42,259 nt of DNA from contig NZ_JAXDPY010000636.1 of the NCBI RefSeq assembly GCF_034668105.1, forward strand, positions 1 to 42,259, given 5' to 3'. Origin of the DNA: Paraburkholderia sp. Lineage in GTDB: Bacteria; Pseudomonadota; Gammaproteobacteria; Burkholderiales; Burkholderiaceae. The notes beneath the pieces were generated by a model. It made no database searches. It was not told the DNA's origin and saw only the letters and a program-made list of their open reading frames with translations. The first letter of the stretch is position 1. Each line of letters begins with the position of its first letter. A program made the position numbers and the translations under genes. Of this stretch, positions 29,662 to 38,449 are shown piece after piece.

Positions 29662-30540
29662 TCAGCTGCGCGGGAAGCGCCGCGCGTAGTCATTGGCCAT
29701 CTCTTCCATGCGGACGAACTTGACACCAGCATGCCCGGCAATGTATTCGAACAGGCGCTCCAGCATCAGCAATACTTGCGGCCGGCCAGACACGTCCGGA
29801 TGAATCGTGATGGGGAACACAGCGTAGTCATATTCCCGATAAACCCAGTCGAACTGGTCGCGCCACATCTGCTCGATGTCCCGCGGATTAACGAAACCGT
29901 GGCTATTCGGCGCCTTCTTGATGAACATCATCGGCGGCAGATCATCCAGGTACCAGTTGGCCGGAATCTCGATCAGATCGGATTCCCGACCACGTACCAG
30001 CGGCTTCATCCAGTCCCGCGCATCTTTGCTGTAGTCGATCTTGGTCCAGGAGTCGCCAACGCGTACGCGATACGGCTGGAAATCGTGATGCATCAGGCTG
30101 TGGTCGTACAGAATGCCGCGCTCGATCAGCAGTTCGTTGGTCACATTGCTGAACTCCCACCACGGGGCGACATAACCGGTCGGCTTGCGGCCGGCAAGCC
30201 GGGTGATAAGCTCGATGCTTTTGTCAAGGACGTCCGCTTCCTGCTGGCGCGTCATCGCGATCGGGTTCTCGTGCGAATAGCCATGCACGCCGATTTCATG
30301 ACCGGCATCCGCCACCGCCTGCATCTGGTCGGGGAAGGTTTCGATCGAGTGGCCCGGCATGAACCACGTGGTCTTGATCTGCATACGCTCGAACAGCTTC
30401 AGGAGCCGTGGCGACCCCACCTCGCCGGCGAACAGACCGCGCGAGATGTCATCGGGAGAGTCCTCACCGCCGTACGAGCCGAGCCAGCCGGCTACCGCAT
30501 CCACATCCACACCGAAACCGCACAAAATCTCTTTAGCCAT
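29662..30540 (-). CDS. CE4 polysaccharide-deacetylase-fold hydrolase, H. pylori PgdA (HP0310)-like
   Basis: [74 protein letters not shown]; no signal peptide. Confidence 0.9.
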   Translation of the reverse strand: MAKEILCGFGVDVDAVAGWLGSYGGEDSPDDISRGLFAGEVGSPRLLKLFERMQIKTTWFMPGHSIETFPDQMQAVADAGHEIGVHGYSHENPIAMTRQQEADVLDKSIELITRLAGRKPTGYVAPWWEFSNVTNELLIERGILYDHSLMHHDFQPYRVRVGDSWTKIDYSKDARDWMKPLVRGRESDLIEIPANWYLDDLPPMMFIKKAPNSHGFVNPRDIEQMWRDQFDWVYREYDYAVFPITIHPDVSGRPQVLLMLERLFEYIAGHAGVKFVRMEEMANDYARRFPRS

Positions 30541-30632
30541 GTACATGCCTCACAAAACGAAGTGAACTGATAGTCGAATTGCGCTCGGACGGTCGTTGCG
30601 CCACAGGAGCACAAGTCCTCTTTGCGAGCGCT

Positions 30633-32021
30633 TCACGGAAAGTCGCCTGCGATGATCGGCGCGAGCGCGACACCGGCGCGCAACATTCGCGCTTCGTGCG
30701 TGGCCGGCGCGCTGAGCAACAAGCTGGTCGGCATTTGCGCGGCGCCCAAGCCGTTCGGCAATGCAAGCCCGCAGGTATTGAGCATATTGCCAAGCAACGT
30801 ATTGCAGATCGTCTTGAGGTTCACCCGGGCGAACAGGTCCGGATCGGCCGCTAGCGGCGCAATTGGCGGTGCGACGTGCGGCACCGTCGGCATCACGAGC
30901 AGCGCGTCGCCGAGCGAGGCCCACAGAGAGCGCTGCAATGCGACACGGCCCTGCTGCAATGCGTCGAAATCCGCTACCGACATCGTCTTTCCGCCCATCA
31001 TCCGCTTGTAGACGGTCACATCAATTTGCGCTCGGCGCGGGCTCTCGAGCAGTTCGCGATGCGCTTGATAACCCTCGGCAGCAGCAATATTGCCATGACG
31101 CGCGATCAACTCGCGCAACTGCGTGAGTTCAGGGACAGGCTGCCAGCGAACCTGCACACCAGCGGCGGACGCTCGCTCGAGCGAAGCGATGAAGTTGCGC
31201 CGCACTTCCGGCTCGACCTCATCAAGTATCGCATTTTCCGGAGCAACCAACGTCAACGATGCTAACGGCGTCGCTTCAGGTGCGAGCGATGGGGCCTTCA
31301 GGCCGCGCAATGCAAGGTCGAGCAAATAACAATCAGCGACGTCGTGCGCGAACACGCCGATCGTGTCGAGCGTGCGCGACAGCGGGAAGACACCGTCAGT
31401 GTCGATCCATCGCTCGGAACTCTTAAAGCCGACCACACCATTGAATGCCGCAGGCGTGCGCACGGAGCCGCCCGTATCGGTGCCGATCGCGACCGGCACG
31501 AGTCCCGCGGCGACGGCCACAGCGGAGCCCGAGGACGAGCCTCCGGGCACGCGCGGCACGTCACTCGCGCGCGGATTCAACGGTGTGCCGAAATGCGGAT
31601 TAAGCCCGAGTGAGGAGTAGGCGAATTCAGACAGATTGGTTTTGCCAAGGGTCACCATGCCCGCGGCGGCCAGATTGCGGACAATCGGCGCGTCGTGCGC
31701 CGCCGGCTGTGCATTCCGATAGATGGACGACCCGGCGGTGGTGGCGAGACCTTCAATATCGATCAGGTCTTTCCATGCAACGGGTACGCCATCGAGCGGG
31801 CCAAGAGGCTGACCGGCCCGATAGCGAGCCGCGCTCTGCGCCGCTTCGCGGCGCGCCCGTTCGAAGGAAGTGGACGTGAAGACCGCCGCGTTTGCCGCCG
31901 TGTCGATACGCTCAACGAAGTAATCGGTCAGTTCGCGCGCATCGACTTTGCGCGCATGCAGCAGGCGGCCGAGCTCCGCCGCGGTGAGCGCTGCAAACGG
32001 GGAAGACGATGTGGTCGTCAT
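30633..32021 (-). CDS. Amidase signature family enzyme
   Basis: GVPVAWKD, GKTNLSEFA, PGGSSSGS, GTDTGGSVR (Ser-cisSer-Lys triad). The ATG overlaps the upstream TAA. Confidence 0.92.
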   Translation of the reverse strand: MTTTSSSPFAALTAAELGRLLHARKVDARELTDYFVERIDTAANAAVFTSTSFERARREAAQSAARYRAGQPLGPLDGVPVAWKDLIDIEGLATTAGSSIYRNAQPAAHDAPIVRNLAAAGMVTLGKTNLSEFAYSSLGLNPHFGTPLNPRASDVPRVPGGSSSGSAVAVAAGLVPVAIGTDTGGSVRTPAAFNGVVGFKSSERWIDTDGVFPLSRTLDTIGVFAHDVADCYLLDLALRGLKAPSLAPEATPLASLTLVAPENAILDEVEPEVRRNFIASLERASAAGVQVRWQPVPELTQLRELIARHGNIAAAEGYQAHRELLESPRRAQIDVTVYKRMMGGKTMSVADFDALQQGRVALQRSLWASLGDALLVMPTVPHVAPPIAPLAADPDLFARVNLKTICNTLLGNMLNTCGLALPNGLGAAQMPTSLLLSAPATHEARMLRAGVALAPIIAGDFP

Positions 32022-33100
32022 TATTTCAACGCCGCAGCGACGGCCTTGCCGACGTCGGTAGTGTTGGCCGTACCGCCGAGATCCGGCGTGCGCGGCCCCT
32101 CGACCAGTACCGTTTCGATTGCATGGATGATCGCATCGTGCGCCTCGCGATAGACACCGCTTCCGTCGCCGAGGAAATCGAGCATCATCGCACCCGACCA
32201 GATCATCGCGATTGGATTGGCGATATTTTTACCGTAGATGTCGGGCGCCGAACCGTGAACCGGCTCGAACAGCGACGGGAAACGGCGATCCGGGTTCAGG
32301 TTCGCCGACGGCGCGATGCCGATCGTGCCGGCGCAGGCGGGACCGAGATCCGAGAGGATATCGCCGAACAGATTGGAGGCGACGACAACATCGAAGCGCT
32401 CCGGGCTCAGCACGAACCGCGCGGCCAGGATATCGATGTGATATTTGTCCGTAAGCACGTCCGGATAACTCTTCGCCATCGCCTCGACGCGTTCGTCCCA
32501 ATACGGCATCGTAATCGCGATGCCATTCGACTTCGTTGCGGAGGTGAGGTGCTTTTTAGGCCGGCTTTGTGCGAGATCGAAAGCGAATTTGAGGATCCGG
32601 TCGACGCCCTGGCGCGAGAAGACGGTTTCCTGAATCGCGAACTCACGGTCGGTCCCTTCGAACATGCGGCCGCCAATCGACGAATATTCCCCTTCCGTGT
32701 TTTCACGCACCACATAGAAGTCGATGTCACCCGGCTTGCGCCCGGCCAGAGGACACGGCACGCCGGGCATCAGGCGCACCGGACGCAAGTTCACGTATTG
32801 TGAAAAATCGCGCCGGAAGCGCAGCAAAGAGCCCCACAGCGAGATATGGTCGGGCACGGTCGCGGGCCAGCCGACCGCGCCGAAAAAGATCGCCTCGAAC
32901 TGCATCAACTGGTCGAACCAGTCGGGCGGCATCATTTCGCCATGCTGCGTGTAGTAATCGCAGCTGGCCCAATCCATTGTGGTGAATTCGAGGTTGATGT
33001 CGAATTGGCGTGCCGCCGCTTCGACTACGCGCATGCCCTCGGGCATCACTTCCTTGCCGATGCCGTCACCGGCTATAACCGCGATCTTATGTGTTTTCAT
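32021..33100 (-). CDS. Tartrate dehydrogenase / D-malate dehydrogenase (decarboxylating)
   Basis: GDGIGKEV, VPDHISLWG, RENTEGEYS, TSATKSNG, NLFGDILSD, FEPVHGSAPDI; TtuC/DmlA family. Confidence 0.93.
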   Translation of the reverse strand: MKTHKIAVIAGDGIGKEVMPEGMRVVEAAARQFDINLEFTTMDWASCDYYTQHGEMMPPDWFDQLMQFEAIFFGAVGWPATVPDHISLWGSLLRFRRDFSQYVNLRPVRLMPGVPCPLAGRKPGDIDFYVVRENTEGEYSSIGGRMFEGTDREFAIQETVFSRQGVDRILKFAFDLAQSRPKKHLTSATKSNGIAITMPYWDERVEAMAKSYPDVLTDKYHIDILAARFVLSPERFDVVVASNLFGDILSDLGPACAGTIGIAPSANLNPDRRFPSLFEPVHGSAPDIYGKNIANPIAMIWSGAMMLDFLGDGSGVYREAHDAIIHAIETVLVEGPRTPDLGGTANTTDVGKAVAAALK

Positions 33101-33157
33101 TGACTGTTCTCGTCTTGCAATGGGCTTACCGGAACCAACCGGGCCTGAGCGAGGTGA

Positions 33158-33227
33158 ATCATAGCGCGCACGCTTCGCGCTATAGTGATCGATTACGTGA
33201 TCCGATCGGTTACAGAAAGTGAACAAT
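33158..33227 (-). promoter_or_regulatory. Putative LysR-controlled promoter of the dehydrogenase-amidase operon
   Basis: Minus strand ATTGTTCACTTTCTGTAACCGATCGGATCACG, then a TATGAT -10 at 33163-33158. Overlaps the LysR start, as is typical of divergent LTTR promoters. Confidence 0.55.
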
Positions 33228-34118
33228 CTCCCTTCGATGGAGGACCTGCGCCTGTTCTGCATGGTCGTGAATAAACAGAGTTTCGCCGCCTCCGCACTCG
33301 AGATAGGCGTGTCGAAGGCCCTGATCAGCAAACGGATCGCAGTGCTCGAAAGCATGCTGCAAGCGCGCTTGCTTCATCGCACCACAAGGCAGGTATTGGC
33401 TACCGAGACGGGCCATATCGTCTATCAGTGGGCACAGCGCATCCTGACGGATGCCGAACAGATGGCCGAGGAGATTTCGTCCTCGAAGATTGCGCCTCGC
33501 GGATTGCTGCGCGTGTGTACCAGTTCAGGTTTCGGCCGCAATCATGTGTCGCGCGCGGTGTCGGCGATGGCGCAACGTTACCCGGAACTCGAGTTTCAGT
33601 TGGAGCTGCTCGACCGGCCTGTCGATCTGATACGCGAAGGATTCGATCTGGACATTCGGATCGGCGCGGTGCATGACCAGAGTCTTATTACGAAGCTGAT
33701 TGCCCGGAATGCACGCGTGCTGTGCGCGTCGTCGACCTATCTGGAACAGAGGGGAACTCCGGCATGTCTTGCCGACCTGGTGCAGCATAAATGCATTGTC
33801 ATCCGCGAGCGCGATCAGGAGTTTGGTCGCTGGAAGCTGGAGGGGCCCGACGGGGTGGAAATGGTGCGCATCAACGGACCGCTTTCCGCAAATAACGGCG
33901 AGATCGCGCATCAATGGGCGATCGCCGGACACGGGATCATCCTGCGCTCGATGTGGGACGTCGGGCCCAGTCTGAAGCGTGGCGATCTGAAACGCGTGCT
34001 GCCCGACTATCAGCAGGACGCCAATGTATGGGCGGTTTATCCCTCCCGGCTGTCGACATCAGCCAAGGTCCGCGTATGCGTGCAATTCCTGGAGGAATGG
34101 TTGGCCACAACGGTTTGA
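33219..34118 (+). CDS. LysR-family regulator (DmlR/TtdR-like)
   Basis: DLRLFCMV..SFAASA..SKRIAVLE..LLHRTTR HTH; SGFGRNHV, LLDRPVDL, ANVWAVYPSRL; divergent from tartrate dehydrogenase. Confidence 0.92.
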   Translation: MNNLPSMEDLRLFCMVVNKQSFAASALEIGVSKALISKRIAVLESMLQARLLHRTTRQVLATETGHIVYQWAQRILTDAEQMAEEISSSKIAPRGLLRVCTSSGFGRNHVSRAVSAMAQRYPELEFQLELLDRPVDLIREGFDLDIRIGAVHDQSLITKLIARNARVLCASSTYLEQRGTPACLADLVQHKCIVIRERDQEFGRWKLEGPDGVEMVRINGPLSANNGEIAHQWAIAGHGIILRSMWDVGPSLKRGDLKRVLPDYQQDANVWAVYPSRLSTSAKVRVCVQFLEEWLATTV

Positions 34119-34187
34119 AGCCCCGTCCCTGCCGGTCGCCGGCACGCGTCATTGCATACCAGTTCAAAAATCCGGGCGCAAACCCTT

Positions 34188-34257
34188 ATCGTTCACATTT
34201 TGTGTCTTATGTTTTCACGAAGCGATCGACAAGCTAACGACTTGCGGACACTACAAT
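34188..34257 (+). promoter_or_regulatory. Second putative LysR-controlled promoter (racemase-GAF/MFS operon)
   Basis: ATCGTTCACATTTTGTGTCTTATGTTTTCACG, then a TACAAT -10 at 34252-34257; same motif and spacing as 33158-33227. Confidence 0.55.
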
Positions 34258-34295
34258 GCGTCCGACTTGGCAATTAACCTGTTGAAGGAACGCTG

Positions 34296-35519
34296 ATGGG
34301 AAACCAAACGACACCGTTGAAGAGTCTTAAAGACGTGAAGAAAGTCGGCTTTATCACGCCCTCGTCGAATACGGCACTGGAGCCGATGACTATGGCGATG
34401 ACCGGCCAGATAAGCTCGCGCATCTCCACTCATTTCAGTCGGGTTCCAGTGAAGTCACTCACACTCGACAGCAAAAACGTCAACCAGTTTCAGACGCAGA
34501 AAATGGTGGATGCGGCGGCGCTCCTGAGCGATGGCGGCATGGACGCCATTTTATGGAACGGCACCTCTGGCAGTTGGACTGGCAAGGGATTCGAAGCCGA
34601 CATTAGCTTATGCGAGGAAATCAGTCGGGTTCTGGGAGTGCCGGCATCCACGTCTTCGCTGGCTCAACTCGACGTGCTCAAGCACTACGGCATCAAGCGC
34701 TTCGCGCTGGCGGTGCCGTACGTCGAGGAACCGACTCGCAAGATCATCGAGACTTACGGTAACCAGGGATTCACCGTGGTCAACGTTGCCAGGCTCGACC
34801 AAACCGAAAACGTCGTGATCGGCAATACGCCGTTTGAGCGAATCAAGCAGTTGTTGCGTGATGCCGATTCACCCGACGCGGAATGCATCGTTGTCGCCTG
34901 TACTAATTTGCCGGCGACCGCCGTGGTCGACGAGATGGAGGCGGAACTCGGCAAGCCGATTTTCGACAGCATTGCAGTGACGTTGTGGAAAGCGCTGAAA
35001 ATGACGTCAATCGACGTACCGCTGCACGGCTTTGGCAAGTTGCTCAGAGCCAATCCGGTGCTTGGGGAACTCGAGCGTGTCATGGCCACCCTTCGTGAAG
35101 TGACTGCAGGCAGCCGCACCACATTGCGCATCGACATTCCGGAGCACAACTGCAATGTTGACAGGGTCTGCGCTGAATCGGTCGCGCCGGGCATCCCGGA
35201 GCTGAAACTGAATACCTCGTTGAATCAGCGCAGCCTCGCGACCGTGCAGTGGCTCATCGCAACCCGGAAGCCGTTGGTCCAGGACGACTGCGCGAACGCG
35301 GAAGTCAAGCCACCGAAGGCGCTAATGGACGTCTATGGTGTCAAGGCACAGATGCTGGTCGGCCTCGAGACGGCCGATGGCGAGGTGATCGGATGGATCT
35401 CGGTCCATTACGTGCCCGGGACGCGCAAGTGGACCGACGCCGAAGTCGCCGCGCTGCAAAGCGCAGCCGGTCAGGTCCGTACCATCCTGCAGCGAAGCAA
35501 CTGGGCGTCTTTCAAATAA
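34296..35519 (+). CDS. Asp/Glu racemase-superfamily (maleate isomerase/AMDase-like) protein fused to a C-terminal GAF-like domain
   Basis: GFITPSSNTALEP, WNGTSG, PY, VACTNL, PIFDS in the first ~250 aa; then SRTTLR..LVQDD..YGVKAQML..GWISVH..RKWTDAEV (GAF-like). Confidence 0.8.
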   Translation: MGNQTTPLKSLKDVKKVGFITPSSNTALEPMTMAMTGQISSRISTHFSRVPVKSLTLDSKNVNQFQTQKMVDAAALLSDGGMDAILWNGTSGSWTGKGFEADISLCEEISRVLGVPASTSSLAQLDVLKHYGIKRFALAVPYVEEPTRKIIETYGNQGFTVVNVARLDQTENVVIGNTPFERIKQLLRDADSPDAECIVVACTNLPATAVVDEMEAELGKPIFDSIAVTLWKALKMTSIDVPLHGFGKLLRANPVLGELERVMATLREVTAGSRTTLRIDIPEHNCNVDRVCAESVAPGIPELKLNTSLNQRSLATVQWLIATRKPLVQDDCANAEVKPPKALMDVYGVKAQMLVGLETADGEVIGWISVHYVPGTRKWTDAEVAALQSAAGQVRTILQRSNWASFK

Positions 35520-35618
35520 GCCGTCGCCATCGCGCTCGGCCGTGCATGCAGCAATTGTGCACGGCCGGTCCATCATTCCGTAGGACTATAAATCATAAGC
35601 TGAGGGGAGTGCGAGACC

Positions 35619-36914
35619 ATGAGCATACCTGTTGAGAATGTCGCCGTTCAGGTCAAGACGACGGTAAGGTGGAAGATCTTTTTCGTATTGCTGGGGCTGG
35701 TCGCCATCAACTATATCGATCGTGCGTCGCTATCGGTCGCGATGCCGTTGATCTCGAAGGATTTCAACATCAAGCCGGCGTTGCAGGGCTTGATTTTCAG
35801 TTCGTTCTTCTGGACCTATGCATTGATGCAAGTACCGGGCGGCATGCTCGCCGACCGTTTCAAGCCGCGCATCGTGATCACGGCCGCTGCGATCTTCTGG
35901 GGTGCGTTCCAGGCAATTGCGGGCGTGGCCACCAACGCCACCACGTTGTTGCTGACCCGGTTCGGACTGGGTGCGGCTGAAGCTCCGATCTATCCGTCCG
36001 GCGGCAAGCTCAACGGGATCTGGCTGACGCACAACGAGCGCGGTCGCGGCGCCACGTTGCTGGACGGCGGCGCCCCGCTGGGCGCGGCGATCGGCGCGAT
36101 CTTGATCACCTCGTTGATCACCATGCTGGGATCGTGGCGCCTGGCCTTCATCGTGGCCGGCGTCGGCACGGTGCTCGCCGGGCTCTACGCGTGGCATTTC
36201 ATCCGCAACAGCCCGCGCGAACATCGCGGCGTCAATGAAGCGGAGGCCACCTATATCGAGCAGGCTCGGGCGATCGAAGACGAGGGCGAGCCGGCTCAGT
36301 CAAGCGGCAAGAGGCTCGACCTGTTCAAGTACCGTACTGTATGGCTTATGTTCTTCGGCTATATGTTTTCGAACGTCGTCTTCTACGGCTTGTTGACCTG
36401 GATGCCGAATTACCTGAGCAAGGTACATGGCTTCAATATCCAGCAGATGGGAGGCGCCAGCTTCATCATTTTCCTGTCGGGATTCGTCGGTGAACTGGTC
36501 GGCGGTTTTCTGTGCGATAAATGGAAAAGCGCGGGCGGCTCGCCGAACAAGGTGATGCGCACCATGCTGGCTTTCGCCTCGATCGTCGTTACCGTCGCGG
36601 TGTTCTCAGTTGCTTACGCGAGCGGCCCCACGCTGACGGTCGTACTGTTGTCGATCACATTGTTTTTTCAGCGCTGGACCGGGCTCTACTGGAGCATCCC
36701 GTCACTCGTCGGGACGCGCGACAGGGTGGGCCTGCTCGGGGGCCTCATGAACCTCGGCGGCAATATCGGCGGGGTACTTGTACCGCTCGCCGTCGGCTTG
36801 ATCGTGCAGTTGACCGGCTCATACTTCCTTGCACTGATGGTCTTTACCGGTGCCGGTATCGGTTTGCTGCTCTGCTCGGCGTGCATCAACTACCAGAAGA
36901 AGATCCCAGTCTGA
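35619..36914 (+). CDS. ACS-family MFS transporter (anion/organic acid uptake)
   Basis: INYIDRASLSVAMP, SSFFWTYALMQVPGG, AEAPIYP, LLTWMPNYL; 12 TM helices. Confidence 0.9.
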   Translation: MSIPVENVAVQVKTTVRWKIFFVLLGLVAINYIDRASLSVAMPLISKDFNIKPALQGLIFSSFFWTYALMQVPGGMLADRFKPRIVITAAAIFWGAFQAIAGVATNATTLLLTRFGLGAAEAPIYPSGGKLNGIWLTHNERGRGATLLDGGAPLGAAIGAILITSLITMLGSWRLAFIVAGVGTVLAGLYAWHFIRNSPREHRGVNEAEATYIEQARAIEDEGEPAQSSGKRLDLFKYRTVWLMFFGYMFSNVVFYGLLTWMPNYLSKVHGFNIQQMGGASFIIFLSGFVGELVGGFLCDKWKSAGGSPNKVMRTMLAFASIVVTVAVFSVAYASGPTLTVVLLSITLFFQRWTGLYWSIPSLVGTRDRVGLLGGLMNLGGNIGGVLVPLAVGLIVQLTGSYFLALMVFTGAGIGLLLCSACINYQKKIPV

Positions 36915-37082
36915 GCTGCCTGCATAGCAGAACAATAGCGCACCGTTGCCGGACCTGTCACGCAGGTCCGGTCCGGCTGATACGACGCAAACCAATCGCC
37001 GTGGGATATGCCACTGGTGGAAACTCTACTTTCTGATTGACAATCAAGAGCGGTAAAAATCGTTTTAAAGTTAGAATATCTA

Positions 37083-38231
37083 ATGAAAGTCAAAGACCAC
37101 ACCTCATCGTTATTCGCCCGGAACATTCTTACTTTTTCAATCTTCGCGTCGCTGATCGCGGCCGCGCCTCTCGCCCGCGCGCAAAGCAGCGTGAGCTTAT
37201 ATGGGCTGATCTCGGTCGGATTGAGCTATTCCTCCAATGCAGGCGGCAAACCTCTCTACCAGATGGCGAACGGCCCCCAGCAACCGTCCCGCTGGGGTTT
37301 GAAAGGACAGGAAGATCTTGGCGGCGGCCGGTCGGCTATCTTCGATCTGGAAAATGGATTCTCCATCACGAACGGTTCCGCAGCTCAGGGGGGGCGGCTG
37401 TTTGGCCGCCAGGCGTGGGTCGGTATCGCGGACAAGAATCTGGGTACGATCACAATGGGCCGCCAGTATGATGAGATGACCAAGCAATTGAACTGGACGG
37501 AATCCGCAGTTCAGTTTGCGACCTACGGTGCGCACGTCGGTGACAACGACAACATATTCGATGCCTTGAGGTTGCAGAATTCGGTTCGCTATGAATCTCC
37601 AGTTATGGCTGGCCTTTCGTTCGCCGGGCAATACGCTTTCTCGAATCAGGCCGGGGCTTTTTCGAACAACAGCGCATTCAGTGCCGGCAGCACCTATGTG
37701 CACGGGCCATTCAAAGTAGCTGTCGCGATGTCGCAATACAATCACCCCGCTGCGATGGACAATTCTTCGGGGGCGGTCAGCGACAACTACGGATTCACCT
37801 CGCCGTTTGCGACGAGCCTGGGCGGTTCGGGCGTCGAGAAGCAGCGAATTTTCGGCGTGGGGGCAGGATACGACTTCGGAATCGTACAAGCTACCCTCGC
37901 CTACACGAATGTCCTGTTCGACTACATGGATACGTCTGGCCTTCGGCTACAGAACGCCGAGTTGTCGCTGACTCACAACATCACTCCGAGTCTCCTCGTC
38001 GGCGCAGCGTACATCTATACGACGGGTAAATATTCAGACTCGGAAAAACCGCACTATAACCAGGTCAACCTGGGGATCGATTATTCGTTGAGCCGCCGCA
38101 CGGATGTGTATCTCATTGGCCTTTACCAGCGCGCCGGCGGAGCAGCGCAATACGCGCAGATTTTCTCCTCGACTGCCTCAACCTCCAATTCGGAAACGCA
38201 GGTCATCGCCGGGATAAGGACGCGTTTCTGA
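37083..38231 (+). CDS. Gram-negative porin
   Basis: AQSSVSLYGLI, SRWGLKGQEDLGGG, FGRQAWVG, YSLSRRTDVY, GIRTRF. Confidence 0.92.
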   Translation: MKVKDHTSSLFARNILTFSIFASLIAAAPLARAQSSVSLYGLISVGLSYSSNAGGKPLYQMANGPQQPSRWGLKGQEDLGGGRSAIFDLENGFSITNGSAAQGGRLFGRQAWVGIADKNLGTITMGRQYDEMTKQLNWTESAVQFATYGAHVGDNDNIFDALRLQNSVRYESPVMAGLSFAGQYAFSNQAGAFSNNSAFSAGSTYVHGPFKVAVAMSQYNHPAAMDNSSGAVSDNYGFTSPFATSLGGSGVEKQRIFGVGAGYDFGIVQATLAYTNVLFDYMDTSGLRLQNAELSLTHNITPSLLVGAAYIYTTGKYSDSEKPHYNQVNLGIDYSLSRRTDVYLIGLYQRAGGAAQYAQIFSSTASTSNSETQVIAGIRTRF

Positions 38232-38311
38232 CGGGACCGGCATTCTCATAGGGCATGCAAATATCGCTCCCCGAACGGCGGACTATCACCCACCTGTGAT
38301 ACCCGTCCGAT

Positions 38312-38327
38312 CATCGAAATTTCGATG
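38312..38327. promoter_or_regulatory. Perfect 16-bp palindrome upstream of the MCP gene
   Basis: CATCGAAATTTCGATG; AT-centred with no loop, so operator-like. Confidence 0.35.
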
Positions 38328-38449
38328 GTAGGGGCACGCCGGCCTTCGAAAGAGAGGTTCTTTGCCGCAAGAGCCAAGGTTTTCAATAATGTATGCCGTG
38401 ATTAACGGCAGACCGCTAACGCTATGCGCTTGCGCAAACGAATCGGGAG

